Assembly: GCA_964416155.1 (NCBI GenBank)
Contig: CAYQCW010000001.1
Coordinates: forward strand, 215,211-279,210
From: an uncultured Nitrososphaerota archaeon
Lineage (GTDB): Archaea; Thermoproteota; EX4484-205; JAAOZP01
DNA length: 64,000 nt
Reading direction: 5' to 3'
The translations under genes were made by a program, and so were the position numbers. A model generated the notes under the pieces. The model had not been told where the DNA came from, did not search any database, and was given only the letters and a program-made list of their open reading frames with translations. Of the stretch, positions 57,294-64,000 are shown piece by piece (within the stretch, counting starts at the first letter, position 1; the number at the start of each line of letters is the position of its first letter).

Positions 57294-59198
57294 CTAGTCC
57301 TCCAGCATCGCTGAAACCATTGGGGCAAGCTGCTCCAGACCCCAGTTGCCGAGGGTAATCGCCTCCTGCGGGCACGCTGCCAAGCATGACCCACACCCGT
57401 TGCAAACACTCTCGAGAACCCTGACCCTTTCCCCCTCCCTGACTATGGCACCGTATTCGCACGACGTTAAGCATCTCCCGCAGCCGGTGCACTTCTCCGA
57501 GGAAACCTGAGCGTACTCCGGGAGCCTGAGGCTGCTTCTCCTGAAGAGGCTTGTAACAAGCGCGGCTGCACCACTCCCCTCGACGGCGCTTTCAACAATA
57601 TCCCTTGGACCGTGGCACGTGCCGGCGACAAATATCCCCCTTACCCTTGTTTCCAACGGCTTCACCTTGGCGTGAGCCTCCTCGATGAAACCATGCTTAT
57701 CCACAGTGACGCCCAGCCTCTCAGCGAGCTCAAGCATCATCCTAGAAGGCTTGAAGCCGAGCGCTAGGACAACCATATCCACCTCCAGCTCGTCCCTCTT
57801 ACCTGTTAAAGTATCCTCGTAGACTACGAGAAGACTCCCGTTTCCAGACCTCCTTATTTCAGACGGCCTTGACCTTATTAAGACAACACCGTCCTCCAGA
57901 CACCTCCTGTATAGAAGATCCTCCCAGCCTTTCCCGAATGCTCTAAGCTCGTTGTAGAATATGAAGACCTTGGCCTCCCTATCGTGCTCAAGGATGAGCC
58001 TAGCCTCCTTCATGCTTGCAGCGCAACAATAGTATGAGCACTCCTCTATCCCGGCGCCGGACTCCCTCGACCCGACGCACTGTATGAAAGCCACTCTTTT
58101 AGCGGGCTTCCCATCCCTCTTAAGGAGAATTCCTCCAGTCGGGCCTGAGGCGCATATTATTCTTTCAAACTCCATGTTCGTAATGACGTTCTCATACTCC
58201 CCGTAGTGGTACTCGGGTTTAAGCCTAGGGTTGAAAAGGTCTGAGCCGACTGCGACAACTATGGCTCCAACGTTCAGCTCAACAGTCTTAGGCTCGTCCT
58301 CAAGGTTTATCGCAGCCCTGGTGCACGCCTTCATGCACAGGCCGCATTCAACACAGCAATCCATGTTTATCACGTATTTCAAGGGGACGGCTTGGGCGAA
58401 AGGACAGTATATTGCTTTAACAGGCTTAAGGTCAGCGTCATACTTGTTAGGCTGGTAGACGGGGCAGACGTTCACACACTCCCCACAGCCGTTACACTTA
58501 TCCGGGTCCACATACGTCGGGTTAACCCTGACCCTGACCTTAAAATCCCCAACCCCACCCTTAACCCCGACAACCTCAGCATTAGGAATAATAGTGATGT
58601 TCCTGTTTCTCCCAGCCTCTGAGAGAAGCGGCCCTTGGATGCAGATGGAGCAGTCGAGGGTTGGGAAAGTCTTGTCGAGCTGAGCCATCATGCCCCCTAT
58701 GCTGGGATCCTTCTCAACAAGGTAGACACGGTAGCCGGCGTCAGCAATGTCGAGAGCACACCTGACCCCCGCTATTCCTCCCCCTATGACTAGCGCCTCC
58801 CTAACAATTTTCAAACCCTCCACGCGTAGCGGCTCAGCGCGCAGAGCCCTCTGGACAGCCCCTTTCACCAGGCGGATTGCTTTCCAGGTTGCTTCCTCCC
58901 TGTTTCCGCAGGCCAGGGCGCACTGCTCCCTTATGTTTACAAACTCAATAAGACCCTTGAAGCCTGCGGAGCCTTTGAAAACAGCTTCAAGAATCCTGCT
59001 TGAACATGCTGCGGCAACAATCCTACATTCACCCTCCAGGCCAAGGTTTTCAAAAGCGTTCTTCTCGCAAAGCCTGTCGGAGACAAGAACCTTATCCACC
59101 AGAGGGTTGTCGGAGAAAAAACTTCTAAGCCTTTCGAAATCCATTTTCCCCAGCAGGGTCGAGTAGCAGGTGCATAGCAAGACTGCCACACGCCTCAA
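57294..59198 (-). CDS. hdrA: Heterodisulfide reductase subunit A
   Basis: NIREQC, IGGGIAG, LDKTFPTLDCSICI, QCVGSR...CSYYCC and ferredoxin motifs. Confidence 0.95.
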   Translation of the reverse strand: MRRVAVLLCTCYSTLLGKMDFERLRSFFSDNPLVDKVLVSDRLCEKNAFENLGLEGECRIVAAACSSRILEAVFKGSAGFKGLIEFVNIREQCALACGNREEATWKAIRLVKGAVQRALRAEPLRVEGLKIVREALVIGGGIAGVRCALDIADAGYRVYLVEKDPSIGGMMAQLDKTFPTLDCSICIQGPLLSEAGRNRNITIIPNAEVVGVKGGVGDFKVRVRVNPTYVDPDKCNGCGECVNVCPVYQPNKYDADLKPVKAIYCPFAQAVPLKYVINMDCCVECGLCMKACTRAAINLEDEPKTVELNVGAIVVAVGSDLFNPRLKPEYHYGEYENVITNMEFERIICASGPTGGILLKRDGKPAKRVAFIQCVGSRESGAGIEECSYYCCAASMKEARLILEHDREAKVFIFYNELRAFGKGWEDLLYRRCLEDGVVLIRSRPSEIRRSGNGSLLVVYEDTLTGKRDELEVDMVVLALGFKPSRMMLELAERLGVTVDKHGFIEEAHAKVKPLETRVRGIFVAGTCHGPRDIVESAVEGSGAAALVTSLFRRSSLRLPEYAQVSSEKCTGCGRCLTSCEYGAIVREGERVRVLESVCNGCGSCLAACPQEAITLGNWGLEQLAPMVSAMLED

Positions 59199-59944
59199 CG
59201 CTTAACCACTCTCCTAAGCAGAGTCTCCGGGAACCCTATTTGAAGCGGGTCTGAGCCCAGTGAGAACGCTGAAAGCTGGGCGAGATGGAGAACAGGGATT
59301 CGGCTGACTGGGCTTAGTCTAAGCACGCAGTGCGAGCATGTTGCGACAATACAGTCTGCCCCAGCCTTCTCCGCCGAGCCCGCTTTCAACTCGGCCATTT
59401 CTCCACCAACCTTCTCGTCTGAAACAAACCCGCCGCAACAGTTGAGCTCACCATCGTAGGAAACAGGGAGGAACCCCAGTGTCTCGAGAACACTCTTAAC
59501 CATCTTAGGGTTCTCAGGATTATCCAAGCCCCTGCCCCCCGGCCTTAGAAAACGGCAGCTGTGTTGAACCGCGCATCTTAAACCTTTAAAGCCGAGCCGA
59601 GGCTTCACCTCCCTCAGCCTCTCCAGCAGCAGCGTTTGGAAAGGCTTCACCTCAGGAGGCCTAAAACCCTTACTCTCGGCGAGAACCCTGAAAGCATCGC
59701 TAAGGCTTGCGAAACAGTCGTCGCAAGCGGTTACTACAGTGCTGTTTAGAAGCCTCATGTTCCTCTCGTTAAGCCTGAGCCAAGCCTCCCTGCTCAGGGA
59801 GAAGAACCATGAGGGGGCGCAGCATGACGCCTCAGGCTGTTCGCCGAACAAGACCCCTATCCTGCTTAGAGTCTCTTTAACAGCCTTCTCAACCTCAGGT
59901 TGAACAGTCCTTATAACGCAGCCCAGGTAAATGGTTAGACTCAT
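59195..59944 (-). CDS. hdrB: Heterodisulfide reductase subunit B (CCG domains)
   Basis: YLGC, SCCA, TACDDC, HSC, NCCGG and TCSHC motifs. Confidence 0.88.
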   Translation of the reverse strand: MSLTIYLGCVIRTVQPEVEKAVKETLSRIGVLFGEQPEASCCAPSWFFSLSREAWLRLNERNMRLLNSTVVTACDDCFASLSDAFRVLAESKGFRPPEVKPFQTLLLERLREVKPRLGFKGLRCAVQHSCRFLRPGGRGLDNPENPKMVKSVLETLGFLPVSYDGELNCCGGFVSDEKVGGEMAELKAGSAEKAGADCIVATCSHCVLRLSPVSRIPVLHLAQLSAFSLGSDPLQIGFPETLLRRVVKR

Positions 59945-60387
59945 TTGAAGCCGGCCTCCGACAGGATTCTCCGCACCTCGCTTAAACCCTGCCCGCTCAG
60001 CCCTGTTTCAGGCAGCCCCAGGAGCCTCCTTTTTTCACGAGACTCCGGCGTAAGCGGGAAGGCTAAACCCGTTTCCCTAACCTGCTCAACCGTCTTAAGG
60101 ATGCTTACAGGAGCCTCACCCCCGTTCTCGTAGAGGACTGTTCTAAGAGCCATCATTATGCTGAAAGGGTTAACCGCCTGGGGGCATCTATCAGCGCACA
60201 GGGAGCATGTTGAGCAGAGCCACGGGTCCTGGTCTGGAAGCCTGTTGAACCTTGCTATTGAGCCAACCATCCTGCGCGGGTTAAAATCTTCACGAATAGG
60301 TTTAACAGGGCAGGCGGAGGTGCATGAGCCGCACTGCACGCATTTAAGAGGATTCCCCGCCCCCTTCTTCCTCAGAGTTTCAATCAA
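59941..60387 (-). CDS. hdrC: Heterodisulfide reductase subunit C
   Basis: CVQCGSCTSACP, NPRR and WLCSTCSLCADRCP motifs. Confidence 0.92.
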   Translation of the reverse strand: MIETLRKKGAGNPLKCVQCGSCTSACPVKPIREDFNPRRMVGSIARFNRLPDQDPWLCSTCSLCADRCPQAVNPFSIMMALRTVLYENGGEAPVSILKTVEQVRETGLAFPLTPESREKRRLLGLPETGLSGQGLSEVRRILSEAGFK

Positions 60388-60504
60388 GCTTCCTTTTACC
60401 GTTTTCTAACTCGCTTCAAAGCCGGTTTTAAAGGTTTTTGAGAAGCATCAGCCTTTTCGAGGCCGCTCGTCTCAAAGCAGCTTAGCAATTTAAAAAAACC
60501 CGGC

Positions 60505-61638
60505 TTAATACGGGGCTTCAAATATGGTTGCGGCAATATGCCTGACGCCGCCTTCGCAGTCAACATTGTCTCCAGCCCTGTTGAAATAGTAGACTGCGAG
60601 AACCTTCCCGTCAGGGAGGAGCACGGCACGGGGATAACCCAGATCCGGGCTTCCCCCGTCGTCGCGTAGAACTATCTCCCTCCCCCAGGTTTCCCCGTAA
60701 TCATCGCTTATTCTGGCGCGCACCCCGTAAGGCGGCACCCTGTAGCCGTACGTGCATAGCAGCCTCCCGTCTTTAAGAATGAGGAGCGACGCTGGAGCAC
60801 CCCAGTCGTTAACCCTTGAGAGGAAACGCCAGGTTAAACCCTCGTCCTCAGAAACATATGTCTCAGTCCAGTGGAGCCTCCAGTCCGGCCATACTGCCCT
60901 AAGGGCGACGATAATCCTGCCATCCGGGAGAACAGCGGGATGAGGGCAAATCTTAGGAGGATAAGAATCCTCCGGCGCAACGTAGCTTAGGAAACGCCAG
61001 GTTACAGCACCGTCTATGCTCGCCAACACCATGGGTCTCCCCTCAGGACTCCTTCTTCCAGCCGCAGCCTCGTCGAAACGCGTCCCCTGGACAAACCATA
61101 GCAATGCCCCGTCTGAGCGAAGCACGTATGAGGGGCGTGCCTGAATGGTTTCAAACACAGGGTTGAAGAGAAGATGCGGGCCCTCCCATGAATACCCCTT
61201 GTCGCGCGTGACAAAGTACGCTGTTGGACCGGTCTCGTTGCCTAATGGTGTTTCAACCGTCAAAGCTGCACCCGGCTTCGAGAAATCCACGGGCCTAGGC
61301 TTCGGCAGAGGACTGTCAGCAGGATGATGGTGAAGGATCTTCGCGCGCAGCTCAGCCTTACTCTCCACGATCACCCTAAGGCTTTCAACGGGCCAAGTGT
61401 AGCCCCCGTCTCTCGAGCGAAGCACCACGAGCTGCCCACCGCCCAGCTGCACCCTCCCGTGTTCAACATCCCTGGGAGAACTGTATGCACACTTGTTACG
61501 GTTGAAACCTACAAGGATCTCTCCTCCAAAGTCCCATAGGCCCCCGTTGAAAGGCCACCCGGCGTACTCGTCACTCCTATAGTAGACCGTAACTTGTTCA
61601 GCCTCCTCTAGCCTAACCGCATACTCACGGCGACTCAT
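60505..61638 (-). CDS. BNR/Asp-box sialidase-like beta-propeller protein
   Basis: Five Asp boxes (SRDGGYTW, TRDKGYSW, SIDGAVTW, SEDEGLTW, SDDYGETW) and C-terminal DLGYP; no signal peptide. Confidence 0.85.
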   Translation of the reverse strand: MSRREYAVRLEEAEQVTVYYRSDEYAGWPFNGGLWDFGGEILVGFNRNKCAYSSPRDVEHGRVQLGGGQLVVLRSRDGGYTWPVESLRVIVESKAELRAKILHHHPADSPLPKPRPVDFSKPGAALTVETPLGNETGPTAYFVTRDKGYSWEGPHLLFNPVFETIQARPSYVLRSDGALLWFVQGTRFDEAAAGRRSPEGRPMVLASIDGAVTWRFLSYVAPEDSYPPKICPHPAVLPDGRIIVALRAVWPDWRLHWTETYVSEDEGLTWRFLSRVNDWGAPASLLILKDGRLLCTYGYRVPPYGVRARISDDYGETWGREIVLRDDGGSPDLGYPRAVLLPDGKVLAVYYFNRAGDNVDCEGGVRHIAATIFEAPY

Positions 61639-61803
61639 ACGGCAGTCTTCCCTCTGAGGAACCTTGAAAAGCAACAGGGCTATCCAGTATTAAGCTTATG
61701 CGATCGAGAAACGTTTGAAACCGGAAATCCGACACGGAATACGGAAATAAGAGTTAACCGTTTTTTCTAAGGGTTAAGGTTAATATATTGAGGAGGCTTT
61801 TCC

Positions 61804-63015
61804 ATGAGTATGAGGCTTGGCCCGCTGGCCAGAAGGCTTGTCGACAAGATCCTTTTAGAGGAGAGGATTGTAGCGGGACTCATGTCTGGAACAAGCGCTG
61901 ACGGTGTTGACGTAGTAGTCATAAGGATAAGGGGCTTTGGAAGAGACGTTAAGTATGAGGTTCTCCATAAGGAGACTGTCCCATACCCTGATGAGTTAAG
62001 GAAACACATACTGGATTCCGTCGAGCAAGGCTCAGTCCGAAACGTATGTCTCTTGAACCATCTTGTCGCTGAAGCGTTCTCCAGCGCGTTGAAGAGTTCT
62101 CTAGAGGGTTCAAGCATTTCCCTGAGTGAGGTCGATCTCATCGGGTCGCATGGACAGACACTGTATCATTTTCCAGAATACGCTTCCGTAGGAGGTTTTT
62201 CAAGCAGGTGTTCCCTACAATTGGGTTCTGTTCAAGTCATAGCTGAGAGAACCGGCTTAATAACTGTAGGGAACTTCAGGGTTAGAGATATTGCTGCCGG
62301 AGGCCAGGGAGCCCCCATAATAGCATATGTGGATTACTCTCTCCTTTCAGACCTAGCGAAAGCGAGGCTTGTGCAGAACATAGGGGGCATAGCCAACGTA
62401 ACAGTGCTTCCTGAAAACCCTGAGATCGGAAACGTCTATGCTTTCGACACTGGTCCTGGAAACAGCCTGATAGATTTTACAGTGAGCATGCTTTATCCTG
62501 GACTGTCTTACGACGCTGGTGGCGAGATCGCTTCGAAAGGATCCTGTGATGAAGAAATTTTAAGAGAGCTTATGACCCACGAATATGTCGCTAAGCCTCC
62601 TCCAAAGACCACTGGAAGAGAGGTTTTCAGCAGTTTTTTCGCGAAGAAGATTATTGAGAAGGGGCTTGGCAAAGGCTTGTCTAAGGAGGATTTAGTCGCC
62701 ACCGTAACAATGTTCACCGTGAAAAGCATTGTTAAAAACTACGACCTCTTCATACTGCCGAAAACTAGGGTTGAAGAGGTTATTGTCGGGGGAGGAGGAG
62801 TTGGAAACAAGACACTTATGAAGCATTTCGAAGAAGAGTTAAGGGAGAGAGGCTTGCGGATGCTTAAACACGAGGACATAGGGATCGACTCAAAGATTAA
62901 GGAGGCTCTGGGAATGGCAATACTGGCCCACACAACCTTAAGCGGAATCCCTAACAATATTCCTGGAGCAACGGGAGCGTCGAAAAGCGTAGTCATGGGA
63001 GAGATAGCGCTATAA
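61804..63015 (+). CDS. anmK: Anhydro-N-acetylmuramic acid kinase
   Basis: GLMSGTSADGVD, IGSHGQT, DIAAGGQGAP, NIGGIAN, FDTGPGN, KTTGRE and KEA motifs. Confidence 0.95.
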   Translation: MSMRLGPLARRLVDKILLEERIVAGLMSGTSADGVDVVVIRIRGFGRDVKYEVLHKETVPYPDELRKHILDSVEQGSVRNVCLLNHLVAEAFSSALKSSLEGSSISLSEVDLIGSHGQTLYHFPEYASVGGFSSRCSLQLGSVQVIAERTGLITVGNFRVRDIAAGGQGAPIIAYVDYSLLSDLAKARLVQNIGGIANVTVLPENPEIGNVYAFDTGPGNSLIDFTVSMLYPGLSYDAGGEIASKGSCDEEILRELMTHEYVAKPPPKTTGREVFSSFFAKKIIEKGLGKGLSKEDLVATVTMFTVKSIVKNYDLFILPKTRVEEVIVGGGGVGNKTLMKHFEEELRERGLRMLKHEDIGIDSKIKEALGMAILAHTTLSGIPNNIPGATGASKSVVMGEIAL

Positions 63016-64000
63016 GGAGGACACCAGCAGGTTGTGGAAAACAGGTCTAAACCTCATTATCTTCATGTTCTCCCTGCTCGGGTGAACCCTGTTGCTTAAA
63101 AGAACCGCGGCAACCCTCTGCTCAACATCTATGCATATCGATGTGCCTGTGAAACCCGTGTGGCAGAAAGCCCTCTCCTCTGTAAACAGGTCTCCGAAAG
63201 CCTGGGTAACAGTCTTCCTGTAAACCTGCCACCCTAGCCCGTAGCAGTACTCACCATCCGCCCAAGGCCTGAGCATCGTCAACGCAGTAGCCTTTTTAAC
63301 AAGACGGCCACTACCCAAATATGCTTGAAGCAGCTCGTTCCCTATCAGTGCAACCTCCCTAGCTACCGAAAACAATCCCGCGTGGCCCGACACGCCTTCC
63401 AGCGCCCTAGCATTCTCATCGTGGACAACTCCCCTCAGAGGGAAGCTGGCCCCAGGGTCAATCTCGGTTGACGCAACCTGATTCTCTGAGAAACCATGGC
63501 TCAAAGGATTGTAAACGGTTTTCCTTAAGCCTAGAGGCTTTGCAACCAGTTTCTCGAAAAGACCATCTACCCTTTCGCCAGTAATTTTTTCTATTAATGC
63601 GGTAAGAACGATGTAACCGATGTCACTGTAGACAACCTTTGAGCCAGGAGGGCAGCTGATAAAGGATCTCACTGCCTCCTCGAAGAGCTCCATCCTACTT
63701 TTCTTCCCAAGCTTATAAAGCGGCGCCCACGCTGGGAGACCGGCAGAGTGCGAGAGCAGCATCCATATTTCAGTCCTGCTTTTAAGCTCATCGTGCCCCG
63801 CGTCAGTCTTCGAGTATTCCGGCAGGACCTCTGAAACCTTCTGCTTCAAGTGTAGAAGACCCTCCTCCAGAAGCTTGGCGACAACGATCGAAGTGGCGAG
63901 AGGCTTAGTGAGGGAAGCAAGATCATAAATCGTCTCTACCGATGTTTCTCTTCTCTCAGGGACTGTTTCAGCGTATCCGAAAGCCTCCTCGTAGACAAGC
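63010..64000 (-). CDS. Beta-lactamase-family serine hydrolase (AmiE/YfeW-like); 5' end beyond the window
   Basis: Frame is open to the window edge: IYDLASLTK (SxxK), LLSHSAGL, YSD, GVVHDENA...GVSGHAGLFS, HTGFTGT and LSNRVHP. Confidence 0.92.
   Translation of the reverse strand, partial: LVYEEAFGYAETVPERRETSVETIYDLASLTKPLATSIVVAKLLEEGLLHLKQKVSEVLPEYSKTDAGHDELKSRTEIWMLLSHSAGLPAWAPLYKLGKKSRMELFEEAVRSFISCPPGSKVVYSDIGYIVLTALIEKITGERVDGLFEKLVAKPLGLRKTVYNPLSHGFSENQVASTEIDPGASFPLRGVVHDENARALEGVSGHAGLFSVAREVALIGNELLQAYLGSGRLVKKATALTMLRPWADGEYCYGLGWQVYRKTVTQAFGDLFTEERAFCHTGFTGTSICIDVEQRVAAVLLSNRVHPSRENMKIMRFRPVFHNLLVSSL

Noticed and set aside
54232-60387. Selenocysteine or pyrrolysine recoding in hdrA/mvhD
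   Set aside because: The frames are open with Cys codons; no in-frame TGA or TAG at the known positions.
1-64000. CRISPR arrays, cas genes, IS elements, rRNA
   Set aside because: No regularly spaced repeats, transposase or cas motifs, or rRNA-like sequence seen by eye.

Overview
Gene-dense chromosomal segment of a TACK-type archaeon. The S25e, Alba, Rpo6, thermosome, arcadin-1, CdvA-like and TackOD1-like genes, the intron-containing tRNA and the TATA/BRE promoters suggest a Bathyarchaeia/Brockarchaeota-like lineage; this assignment is inference. Most of the window is housekeeping and metabolism: an Lhr helicase operon, pheST, ade, sua5, a TtuA/ubiquitin-like pair, 2-oxoacid elongation enzymes, trpB2 and an hdrCBA-mvhD-flxCBA operon. 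I saw no CRISPR array, integrase or transposase. The most notable observations are: (1) a 920-aa protein with two classic-clade (Cdc48-like) AAA domains fused to a Lon-type Ser-Lys protease domain; (2) an apparent bacterial cell-wall scavenging set (AnmK, an AmiE/YfeW-like serine hydrolase, a BNR sialidase-like protein, and a GlcNAc/MurNAc-kinase-like gene about 10 kb away); (3) an unannotated ~175-nt, four-hairpin structured RNA candidate lying divergent from a PD-(D/E)XK nuclease gene; (4) a triple-frameshifted rpl35Ae pseudogene missed by the ORF track; (5) a C/D-box-like sRNA whose two guides pair with each other; (6) a bacterial-type (type II) pantothenate kinase with an ECF S-component; (7) several apparent pseudoenzymes. 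All family calls come from reading motifs by eye; no searches or folding programs were run.
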